From: an uncultured bacterium
GTDB taxonomy: Bacteria > Acidobacteriota > Thermoanaerobaculia > Multivoradales > JAHZIX01
Direction: 5' to 3'
NCBI GenBank assembly: GCA_965368975.1
Contig: CBDUPA010000013.1
Coordinates: forward strand, 32,001-96,000
DNA length: 64,000 bases
Below, in pieces: positions 1-8,286 of the stretch (positions are counted from its first letter, which is position 1; each line of letters begins with the position of its first letter). The notes under the pieces were generated by a model. That model had not been told where the DNA came from, did not search any database, and was given only the letters and a program-made list of their open reading frames with translations. Both the position numbers and the translations under genes were made by a program.

Positions 1-1045
1 TGCCCAGTGCACCCACCGCGGAAGGGCAGGTAAACTCGATCTTCAGCTCAAGGCCGCGCTCTTCGATCGTTGCTGCGAGGGTACGCCGAGCGCAATCTGC
101 AACGTTGTGCAGATCGACGGCGTCCCCGGGTGTTGGTCGTCCGGCCCGATCCTCACGGGCGAGCAACAGCAGTGCTTCCACCGACCGGCTGAGACGTTCG
201 ATCTCGAGCAGCATCTCTTCACCGAGTTGTCGGTACTCGTCTTCACTGCGTGAGCGGCGGAGACACACCTGGAGGCTCGTGCGCAGGCTGGCCAGCGGTG
301 AACGTAGTTCATGCGAGGCGTTGGCCGTGAAGCGCTGCATGCGGTGTACCGCCGCCTCGACGCGCGACAGCAGTCGATTGAAGGCTCCGGCCAACGCACC
401 GATCTCGACTACGCGCCAGGGTTCCGGTACCCGCTGACTGAGGTCGTCGGGCGAGATCGAGTCGATACGCGACATCAGGCGCTGCACCGGTTGCAGAATC
501 GAGCGCGTCAGATAGCGACTGGCCAGCAGGCTGATCGGCAGCAGGATCAGCCCCGTCAGCAGCAAGCTGTCGAGCATCGAGCGCAGGCGGCGGTCGATCA
601 GGCGTGGACGCATGAACGCTTGCACACGCGTGTTCGGCTTGTTCCACACCGGGTGCTCTAGCCACACGAGGTGATCGCCGTCGGCGGCCTTGATGGAACG
701 CAGGTTGTCGGCCTCCGCCTTCTCCCCGCTGGTTTGCCAGTCGTCCGGCAAGCCCGGGAACCCGGGAGTCGCCGCTACCACTTCGCCATCGCGCAGTACG
801 CGCAGCCAGATCGGCCCGGGTGTGTGCTCCTCGTCCAACCGCACCAGCTCGGGAAAGTCGAGTCCACCGCCGGCCGCGAGGTAGGACGCCAGCGCCTCGA
901 CCTCCGAGTACAGCAAGTAGTTCAGTTCCGTGCGATTCTGACGACTCTGGATGCCCAGTAGGATCAGGCAGCCGGCCAGGTAGAGCACCGCTGCAATGGC
1001 GGTGAAGGCCAGCTGCAGGATGGTCGAGAAGCGGAGCGAACGCAT
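1..1045 (-). CDS. Sensor histidine kinase (TM-HAMP-HisKA), truncated by the window edge
   Basis: Not in the ORF track because it has no stop in the window. Manual translation from ATG at 1045 gives MRSLRFSTILQLAFTAIAAVLYLAG (TM), a second TM, a HAMP-like segment and the H-box RFTANASHELRSPL. The ATG overlaps the TGA of the upstream regulator (TGATG). Confidence 0.9.
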   Translation of the reverse strand, partial: MRSLRFSTILQLAFTAIAAVLYLAGCLILLGIQSRQNRTELNYLLYSEVEALASYLAAGGGLDFPELVRLDEEHTPGPIWLRVLRDGEVVAATPGFPGLPDDWQTSGEKAEADNLRSIKAADGDHLVWLEHPVWNKPNTRVQAFMRPRLIDRRLRSMLDSLLLTGLILLPISLLASRYLTRSILQPVQRLMSRIDSISPDDLSQRVPEPWRVVEIGALAGAFNRLLSRVEAAVHRMQRFTANASHELRSPLASLRTSLQVCLRRSRSEDEYRQLGEEMLLEIERLSRSVEALLLLAREDRAGRPTPGDAVDLHNVADCARRTLAATIEERGLELKIEFTCPSAVGALG

Positions 1046-1752
1046 CAGACCTCCCACCCGCGGTCGCTCTCGCCCGAGTCAGCCTGTTCGCGCAGCACGT
1101 AGCCCAAGCCCTTGACGGTGTGCAAGAGTCTTCGACCGCCAGCGGCGGCGATCTTGCGCCGTAGCCGCGAGATGACGACATCGATGACGTTGCTGTCGGG
1201 CATCGAGCTGTCGTCCCAGGCGTGCTCGAGCAGGTCGACGCGATCGATCACATGGCCGGGGTGCAGCAGGAACTGCTCGAGAACCGCCAGTTCCTTGGCC
1301 GTCAAGTTGAGCTGCTGGTCGCGCACACGAGCGGTTCGGGCGTCGCGGTCGAGGCGCAACTCTCCCAGGCTCAGTTCGCGCCGCGGCGCTACCTTCGGTC
1401 TCCGCAGCAAGCTGCGCAGACGTGCCAGCAACTCGTCGAAGTCGAACGGCTTGGTCAGGTAGTCGTCGGCTCCCTGGTCCAGGCCGTGCACCTTGTCTTC
1501 CAGCGTGTCGCGGGCGGTCAACAGGAGCACCGGCGCCACCAGCCCTTCGCGTCGCCACTGCCCGAGCAGGGTCAGACCGTCGCCGTCCGGGAGCATCAGG
1601 TCGAGGATGATCACATCATAGTCGTTGACCAGTGCCAGTTCGCTAGCGGCAGCCAGCGTAGCTCCGCAGTCGACCGCGTAGCCTTCCTCGCGCAGCCCCT
1701 GGACCAGCCGTCGCGCCAGTTGGTCTTCGTCTTCGATCAAGAGCACTCGCAT
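1045..1752 (-). CDS. OmpR/PhoB-family response regulator
   Basis: MRVLLIEDE...IILDLMLPDGDG...LLLTARD...GADDYLTKPF receiver domain plus winged helix (VVISRLRRK...HTVKGLGY). Start trimmed to ATG 1752. Confidence 0.95.
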   Translation of the reverse strand: MRVLLIEDEDQLARRLVQGLREEGYAVDCGATLAAASELALVNDYDVIILDLMLPDGDGLTLLGQWRREGLVAPVLLLTARDTLEDKVHGLDQGADDYLTKPFDFDELLARLRSLLRRPKVAPRRELSLGELRLDRDARTARVRDQQLNLTAKELAVLEQFLLHPGHVIDRVDLLEHAWDDSSMPDSNVIDVVISRLRRKIAAAGGRRLLHTVKGLGYVLREQADSGESDRGWEV

Positions 1753-1976
1753 ATCCAAGATGGTATCCCGATGCGGGGCTGGTCGCCATCGCGGGCCCGC
1801 CATCGCCAGTCCCTCAGCGGGGGCCTGTCTCGCGAGGCGGGCAGGCTCTGTCTCGGCACGCGTCTGCACGCAACTGGCGCTCCGCTTCGGTCGTTCATCT
1901 TCCGTTCATGTCGGCTCCATACACTGTCCGCGGCTGGCCGGCAGTCAAGCCGGCGCTTCCTCTCAAGGAGATCTCC

Positions 1977-2639
1977 ATGAGGCCGACACCCACATCTCTG
2001 ACGCTCCTAGCTCTCCTCTTCACCGTCCCCGTCCTGCCTGCCGTCTCGACTCTGCCGGCACACGCCGCACAGCAGCAACTCGTGCTGTCGCCGGACGAGA
2101 CCGAGATCACGATCTTCCTCGAGGCGACGGGCCACGACGTCCACGGCACGTTCTATCTGCAAGCCGGGACCATCACCTTCGACACCGAGACTGGCGAGGC
2201 CGACGGTCTGATTACCGTCGATGCGACGCGCGGCGAGACCGGCAACAAGAAGCGCGATCGCAAGATGCACGGCACGGTGCTGGAATCCGACAAGTTCCCG
2301 CTCATCCAGTTCCGCCCCGAGCGCGTTCACGGCACCGTCGCGGCCCAAGGCGAAAGTCAGCTCGACCTGTCGGGCAAGCTGTCGATCCACGGCAGCGAGC
2401 ACGACGTCACCCTGGCCGCCGAGGTGCACCGCGAAGGTGACCAGCTGCGGGCCGAGACCGACGTGCCGGTGCCCTTTGTCGAGTGGGGCATGGAAGATCC
2501 GAGCATCTTCATCCTTTCGGTCGCCAAAGTCGTCCAGGTCCACCTGAGCGCCGTCGGCACGCTGAGCGCTGTCGCAGCCTCTGCTGCGGAGCCCACCGAC
2601 GAACCTGCCGCCGCGACCGCTGGCGGAGTCCAGCGCTGA
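1977..2639 (+). CDS. YceI-family (polyisoprenoid-binding) secreted protein
   Basis: AAGGAG RBS before ATG 1977; signal peptide ending AHA; HDVHGTF...TGNKKRDRKM...VLESDKFPLIQF...GKLSIHG YceI pattern. Confidence 0.85.
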   Translation: MRPTPTSLTLLALLFTVPVLPAVSTLPAHAAQQQLVLSPDETEITIFLEATGHDVHGTFYLQAGTITFDTETGEADGLITVDATRGETGNKKRDRKMHGTVLESDKFPLIQFRPERVHGTVAAQGESQLDLSGKLSIHGSEHDVTLAAEVHREGDQLRAETDVPVPFVEWGMEDPSIFILSVAKVVQVHLSAVGTLSAVAASAAEPTDEPAAATAGGVQR

Positions 2640-2668
2640 GCGCCCTACCACTGCTCAGAGACGGCACG

Positions 2669-3703
2669 ATGACATCCCATCCTGTGACCCCCTTTCCTTC
2701 TACCGATGGACGACCTTCCAAGCGCCGACGTGCCCGACTGTTGCCACCGCCACAGATGCGTTACTTGCTCGACGGTTTCCGAGACCTGCTGCCGCTCCAT
2801 CAGGGCATCGAGCCGCACCTGCAGGCCGTCCTGCGTGACACCCTGAAACATCCCGGCAGTCTGCTGCGGGCGCAGATCGCCTACAGCCTGATGCACCGGC
2901 ACGGCGTCGAAGCTCGGCGCGCGCGCGCCGGCGCCATCGCCATCGAGTACTTCCACACCGCGTCGCTGATCTTCGACGACATGCCGAGCATGGACGATGC
3001 CGAGCAGCGACGCGGTCACCCCTGTCCGCACCGGCTGTACGGTGAAGCCGCCGCGACGCTCGGTGCGCTGGCCCTGATCACCCAAGCCTACGCCCTGGTC
3101 TGGCAGTCGCTGGACCACCTTCCGGCCAAGGCGCGCGGTGAAGCGACCAAGCTGGTGTCGTCGTGCCTCGGCGTCGGCGGCATCCTCAACGGTCAATCCT
3201 ATGACCTCCACTTCGCCGAGGTCGACGCGACTGGGGATGCCGAGGCCGTACTGCAGGTCGCCGAAGGCAAGACTGCGTCTCTGGTGCGCTTGTCGTTGCT
3301 GCTGCCGGCCTGGATCGCTGAACTGGATCCACGACCGCGTCATCTGCTCGACCGCCTGGCCACGCTGTGGGGTCTCAGCTACCAGATCGTCGACGACTTC
3401 GGCGATCTGTTCCTCGACCCGAGCGTCAGCGGCAAGTCGAGCCAGCGTGACGATCTGCTCGGTCGCCCCAACCTGCCCATGGCCAGCGGTGCCGCGGCGG
3501 CGCTGGAGCAGCTCGAGAACCTGCTCACCGAGGCACAGGCGCTGCTGCGCGAGCTCTATCGGGGCGCTTCGCTGACGGCTGAGCCGTGGACGGAGTTGGA
3601 ATCTCTACAGGGCTTGTTGAACGACGAGGCAGTCCGCTTGCGCAGCGAGCTGGGCCTACGCGAGCAATCCGACGCCAACATACCGGTCGGGGCCTGCGCC
3701 TGA
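2669..3703 (+). CDS. Polyprenyl diphosphate synthase (FPP/GGPP synthase family)
   Basis: EYFHTASLIFDDMPSMDDAEQRRG (FARM), GQSYDL, GKTASL, YQIVDDFGD (SARM). Start codon uncertain. Confidence 0.9.
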   Translation: MTSHPVTPFPSTDGRPSKRRRARLLPPPQMRYLLDGFRDLLPLHQGIEPHLQAVLRDTLKHPGSLLRAQIAYSLMHRHGVEARRARAGAIAIEYFHTASLIFDDMPSMDDAEQRRGHPCPHRLYGEAAATLGALALITQAYALVWQSLDHLPAKARGEATKLVSSCLGVGGILNGQSYDLHFAEVDATGDAEAVLQVAEGKTASLVRLSLLLPAWIAELDPRPRHLLDRLATLWGLSYQIVDDFGDLFLDPSVSGKSSQRDDLLGRPNLPMASGAAAALEQLENLLTEAQALLRELYRGASLTAEPWTELESLQGLLNDEAVRLRSELGLREQSDANIPVGACA

Positions 3704-3714
3704 AGGAGGCTGCG

Positions 3715-5214
3715 ATGGCGGTTGTGCCGGAGGACACGGTTCCGAGGTACACGGTGCCGGAGGACACGCGCGAGAACGTGCTGCGGCTGGTGACGGTCCA
3801 CAGCCTGACGTGGCTGGCGGTAGGCAACGCCGTCGGTCTGCTGCTGGCGACGCTGCTGCTGGTTCCGCGCCTGGGCGACTGGATAGCCCCGTTGACCTAC
3901 GGCCGCTGGATGCCGTTGCATCTCGACTTGCAGTTCTACGGCTGGTGCACGCTGCCGCTGGTCGCGCTCCTCTACCACCTCTACCTACCACCGCGGCCGG
4001 GGCGCTTGCCTTCGGTCGCGGTCGGGCTGTGGTCTGGAAGTCTGCTGTTCAGCGCCGTCTCCTGGTTGAGTGGCCACAGCAGCGGCAAGCTCTACCTCGA
4101 CTGGCAGGGTGCCGCTCGCTGGGCGCTGGCGCTCGGTCTGGCGGCACTGGCCCTGGCGATCATCCACGCCTACGGCCGCACGCTGCTGGAGTGGCGGCGC
4201 ATGTCCGCCACATCCGGCAGGGCTCGCGGCGACGGACGGATCCCGCGACAAGGACTCCTCCTCCGGGCCGCCGGCATCTTGCTACTCGTGCCGGCGCCTT
4301 TCCTGCTCTTCCTGGCCACCAGCCAGCGAGTCTACCAGCCAGTCAACCCAGCCGGCGGTGGTGCTACCCACACCAGCACGCTCGGTAGCGTCCTGGGTGT
4401 GGTGTTGATCGTGCTCCTCCTGCCCTCGCTGCTCGGCCTGCAACCGGCGACACCCGTGCGCCGTTTCGTCGTCCGCCTGCGCTGGCCGGCAGTTCTGCTC
4501 GGCTTCCACTTCCTCGTCTTCGCTCTCCTCGACCATGGAGACGTCTCGCACCGGGAGCCCCTGCAGTGGCTCTCACTGGTCACCCTCTTGCCCTGGCTGC
4601 CCTTGCTCACCGCCTACTACCGGCGCTTCGCCTGGCCGCGGGCTGCGCGGCCGTGGCTGCGCGCGATGGTGGTCTGGGGTGCGGTGCTGCTGCTCACCGG
4701 ACTGTTCGCCGGCCTGCCTGGTGGCCAGGAGCTGTGGAAGTTCACCAACGCCCTCGTCGGGCACGTGCACGCGGCGCTCGCCGGCCTGGTCTCGTGCTGG
4801 CTGGCTCTGCTCTTGCTCATGCTGGCCGTTCTGCAGAACGGCAGCCGCCGTGAGGACAGGAGCCCACGAACGCCGTTCGAGGACGGTTCCGCCTTCTGGG
4901 CCTGGCAACTGGGCGGCGCTGTGCACGTCGCGGCGCTGCTGGTTCTCGGGACCTTCGAAGGGCTCGACCCTCACCTTCTCACCACCCGCGGTACCGGTGT
5001 CGTTTTCGCCTACGCCTGCCGCTGGCTCGGTGGCCTGGCCATGTTCATCGCTGCCGCGCGCTGGTTGATCGCTGGCTTACGTTTGAGCGTCCCACAGAGG
5101 AAGCTCACGGAGATTCTCTCGCATGACCTCCACTCACCCGACAGCTTCTCCTCCGAGCCCAACCCCCACCTCGTCCCGTCTCCTGCTCTACAGTCTCGCC
5201 GCAGGGGGAGCTGA
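3715..5214 (+). CDS. Divergent cbb3-type oxidase subunit I (CcoN)-like polytopic membrane protein
   Basis: LTYGRWMPLH resembles CcoN FGRLRPLH; SSGKLYLDW resembles SKEYAELEW; FTNALVGHVHAALAG resembles YTDWTIGHVHSGALG. AAGGAGG RBS. CuB motifs not recognisable. Confidence 0.7.
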   Translation: MAVVPEDTVPRYTVPEDTRENVLRLVTVHSLTWLAVGNAVGLLLATLLLVPRLGDWIAPLTYGRWMPLHLDLQFYGWCTLPLVALLYHLYLPPRPGRLPSVAVGLWSGSLLFSAVSWLSGHSSGKLYLDWQGAARWALALGLAALALAIIHAYGRTLLEWRRMSATSGRARGDGRIPRQGLLLRAAGILLLVPAPFLLFLATSQRVYQPVNPAGGGATHTSTLGSVLGVVLIVLLLPSLLGLQPATPVRRFVVRLRWPAVLLGFHFLVFALLDHGDVSHREPLQWLSLVTLLPWLPLLTAYYRRFAWPRAARPWLRAMVVWGAVLLLTGLFAGLPGGQELWKFTNALVGHVHAALAGLVSCWLALLLLMLAVLQNGSRREDRSPRTPFEDGSAFWAWQLGGAVHVAALLVLGTFEGLDPHLLTTRGTGVVFAYACRWLGGLAMFIAAARWLIAGLRLSVPQRKLTEILSHDLHSPDSFSSEPNPHLVPSPALQSRRRGS

Positions 5215-7198
5215 CGCTCTTACTGGTCTGCTCCTTCTCTGCGCGCCTGGGCTGACGCTACGCTTGATGGGCGTGCAGGATATCCCCGCGGAGCCTGTGT
5301 TCCTGCGCTATCTGGGCGTTTTCGTTGCCGGCGTTGGCATCAGCTACCTCTACCCCTGGTGCCTACCGGCACCACGTCGACCGCGTCTGACCGTGGTGCT
5401 CGAAGTGACCGGCCTCCTACGTCTCGGAGTCGCCGCCTTCACCGGCATCGCCGTCGCGGCCGGTACGCTGGAACCAGCCTGGTTGCTGGTCACCGCCAGT
5501 GATCTGACACTCGCCCTGGTGCAACTCGGCCCCACTCGTCACTGGTTGCTCGCCAAACCGCCGGCCACGCCTTGGAGCCGACCGCCGCGCACTCCCGGTA
5601 TCGCCGCGATTGCCGCGACCTACGTCTACTTCCTGCTGTTCGCACAGTTTGCCTTTCTCGATCACCTCCAGCTGCAGCTCGATACCGAGGGTGTGCAGGC
5701 GGCGATGGCCGCCATGGGGCTGACCGGGCTGGCAGCCAGTGCCGTCACCGCCTGGGCGCTCCAGCGCGGTGAGCCCGCCACCTGGCTCCGCCGGGCCTTC
5801 TTGCTGTGTGCCGTCACCGCGGGCGTGGCGCCGTGGAGTCAAGGGATCGCTGCCTTGCTCGTGGTGTCCACGCTGATCGGCGCCGCACTGGGCATGTTGA
5901 CGGTCACCCTGGCCAGTCACCTGCGCCAGCTTCTGCCGGGCCCTCGCTTCGGCCTCGGCGTTGGCTTGGGTACAGGCATCGCCTACTTGATCTGCAATGT
6001 CCCGCCGCTGTTCGAAGCCTCGGTGACCGTACGCAGCCTGGTCTGTGCTCTGGCCGCGCTGGTGGGCGTCGCCCTGTTGCCCCGCCGTCTCGCCGCCGAG
6101 TCACACTGGCTCCCGGAGATTGGCGATGCTCGGCAGCCGTCCACGAAGCACGACGCCCGCGACGCCCACGGCCTCGCCTTCGTCACCCTCGTGCTGGCAT
6201 TGCTGGCGCTGGTGTGGCTCGACTCCGCCGCCTTTGCCATCATCCAAGAGACGCCGACACTCAAGGCAGTGACCTGGGGAGCCGGCGGCCGCAAGCTACT
6301 GCTGGGTCTCCTGCACTGCTGGGTCGCGGTGGCCGCCGGCTGGTGGCTGGACCGTGGACGGCTGCGGGCCCAGCTCCTGCTCACCTTCGTCCTCTTCCTA
6401 ACCGCCTTCAGCTGGTTGCAGGGCTTCCTGGCCGGCCCCCTGGAGCTAGCTGGTCCGCTGTACGTCGTGGGGATCTCGATCTACTCGACGCTGCTGGTGG
6501 CCTACCCTTCGCTCCACCCGGAGGGGCCCACCAGCGTACCGCGCCGTTGGCGCGCCGCAGCCGTCTACGGTGTCGCCGGCTGGCTGGGGTCTGCGCTCGG
6601 CGTTGGCATGGCGCAGAACCTGCGCCGCATTCCCGGGACCTTTCTGCTGGCCGCCGGTGCCTTGCTAGTGTTCGGCACCCTACTGCGCCAGCCGGCCGGT
6701 GTCGCCTTGCTGCGGGCTCATCGACTCACTCTCGGTGCCGGTGCTCTGGCCTTGATCTTCTATCTGGTCCTGCCCCGGGTGGGCGTGCCGGTCGAGGCTA
6801 CCGCGGACACGTCGAACACAGCCGTAGCGCGCGGTCGCCGGGTCTTCATCCAAGAGGGCTGCCTGCACTGCCACTCGCAGTACGTGCGCCCGGGCCGCGA
6901 CGAAGCCCTCTGGGGACCGCACCGCTCCGTCGATCGCCGGCAGTCTCCTCCGCTGCTCGGGGCCCGGCGCCACGGGCCGGATCTCAGCAACGTAGGCCAG
7001 CGGCGGACACACGACGAGCTCCGCCTGCAGCTGTTCGATCCGCGCGCCGACGGCACGCGATCGGCCATGCCCGCCTACGCCTATCTCTTCGCGCGCGGCC
7101 GCACGCAGGGCGAGGACCTCGTGGCCTACTTGTCGTCCTTGGGAGCAGTCTCCCCGGGAGCGGCTACCTCGAAAGCGTCCCATGGAGCTTCCCCGTGA
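5123..7198 (+). CDS. Multi-TM (MFS-like) membrane protein with C-terminal CcoO-like cytochrome c domain
   Basis: Many hydrophobic helices, then GRRVFIQEGCLHCHSQYVRP...GPDLSNVG...SAMPAYAYL, matching CcoO (CxxCH plus distal Met). As called, it overlaps the upstream gene by 92 nt, so the start is uncertain. Confidence 0.75.
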   Translation: MTSTHPTASPPSPTPTSSRLLLYSLAAGGADALTGLLLLCAPGLTLRLMGVQDIPAEPVFLRYLGVFVAGVGISYLYPWCLPAPRRPRLTVVLEVTGLLRLGVAAFTGIAVAAGTLEPAWLLVTASDLTLALVQLGPTRHWLLAKPPATPWSRPPRTPGIAAIAATYVYFLLFAQFAFLDHLQLQLDTEGVQAAMAAMGLTGLAASAVTAWALQRGEPATWLRRAFLLCAVTAGVAPWSQGIAALLVVSTLIGAALGMLTVTLASHLRQLLPGPRFGLGVGLGTGIAYLICNVPPLFEASVTVRSLVCALAALVGVALLPRRLAAESHWLPEIGDARQPSTKHDARDAHGLAFVTLVLALLALVWLDSAAFAIIQETPTLKAVTWGAGGRKLLLGLLHCWVAVAAGWWLDRGRLRAQLLLTFVLFLTAFSWLQGFLAGPLELAGPLYVVGISIYSTLLVAYPSLHPEGPTSVPRRWRAAAVYGVAGWLGSALGVGMAQNLRRIPGTFLLAAGALLVFGTLLRQPAGVALLRAHRLTLGAGALALIFYLVLPRVGVPVEATADTSNTAVARGRRVFIQEGCLHCHSQYVRPGRDEALWGPHRSVDRRQSPPLLGARRHGPDLSNVGQRRTHDELRLQLFDPRADGTRSAMPAYAYLFARGRTQGEDLVAYLSSLGAVSPGAATSKASHGASP

Positions 7199-8286
7199 GC
7201 TCAACGGACAGCCGGGCGGCAACCGTCTCACACCTGCCTGCCGCACCGGCAGCCTCCTCCCGTAGGCCAACAAGTGCCGCCCGTGTGCTCCGCGCTGCCG
7301 GACGGTTCGCCTCACTGCACGAAGGCTTTGGCTGGCTGCGCCCCGAGCGCCCCTGGCCTGAAGCCAGCGGCTGGGACGAGATCCGAGAAACAGAGCGTCC
7401 ACGCACGACGTCGCACACGCACGCTGGCTACCTCTGGCAGGGACCCGACGCGCCCCGCTTGCACTGGCTCGGCCACTCCGGCTTTCTACTCCGCTTCGCG
7501 AATCAGCGCCTCCTGATCGATCCGCACCTCGGCAACCGGTGCACGATCTCGCGACGCCGGCTCGCCTGTCCGGTCACGGCCGAGCAACTCACTGAAATCG
7601 ACGCGGTGTTGTTGACCCACGCTCACTTCGACCACCTCCACCTACCAACGCTCGCCGCCCTGCCGTCGCCGGGACGCTTCGTGGTTCCCGCCGGCTGTGA
7701 GGGCTACCTGCAGTCGCTGACAAGCCACGGCGCGGTCGTCGACTCCGTGCTGCCGGGCGAGAACTTCCTTCTCGACGATCTCGAGGTGTGCGTCGAGGCA
7801 GCGCGCCACCATGGCGGCCGCTGGCATCCCTTCCGTGCCGCGGCCCCAGCCCTGAGCTATGTCGTGCGGCGGGCAGGAGTCGAAGCCGCCACCGGACGTC
7901 CGTTTGACGCGGTGTACCTGGCAGGCGACACAGCGTACGGCGACCACTTCCGCGGCGTGCGCCGCCACCATGCACCGCGTGCCGCGGTCCTGCCGATCGG
8001 TGCCTATGCTCCACGCTGGCCGCTGCGCCACCACCACATGAACCCAGAGGAAGCCGTGTGCGCCGCCCTCGAACTCAATGTCGAGACCGTGGTCCCTTGC
8101 CACTTCGGCACCTTCACGCTCAGCTTCGACCACCCTGCCGCCGCACTCCCTCGCTTCGCGCACGCCGCTTCCTGCGCCGGCCTGCAGTGGCAGCTTCCGC
8201 GGCTGCTGGCCCCTGCAGCTGCCAGCCCTATGGGCGGAGCCGTGGACGAGACCGCAGAACCACTCGCCGGGACAGCGTCTACATGA
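7195..8286 (+). CDS. MBL-fold metallo-hydrolase (NAPE-PLD/RomA-like)
   Basis: WLGHSGF, THAHFDH, AGDT, LPIGAY...HMNPEEA, PCHFGTF. GTG start overlaps the upstream stop (GTGA). Confidence 0.88.
   Translation: MSSTDSRAATVSHLPAAPAASSRRPTSAARVLRAAGRFASLHEGFGWLRPERPWPEASGWDEIRETERPRTTSHTHAGYLWQGPDAPRLHWLGHSGFLLRFANQRLLIDPHLGNRCTISRRRLACPVTAEQLTEIDAVLLTHAHFDHLHLPTLAALPSPGRFVVPAGCEGYLQSLTSHGAVVDSVLPGENFLLDDLEVCVEAARHHGGRWHPFRAAAPALSYVVRRAGVEAATGRPFDAVYLAGDTAYGDHFRGVRRHHAPRAAVLPIGAYAPRWPLRHHHMNPEEAVCAALELNVETVVPCHFGTFTLSFDHPAAALPRFAHAASCAGLQWQLPRLLAPAAASPMGGAVDETAEPLAGTAST

Noticed and set aside
5806-7194. 463-aa N-terminal extension of the MBL hydrolase ORF
   Set aside because: Arg/Pro-rich off-frame overlap with the CcoO-fusion gene; a GTGA-coupled start at 7195 explains the gene.
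3715-7198. Calling these genes a functional cbb3 cytochrome c oxidase (ccoNO)
   Set aside because: CuB motifs are not recognisable and ccoP/Q and assembly genes are absent, so no gene symbols were assigned.
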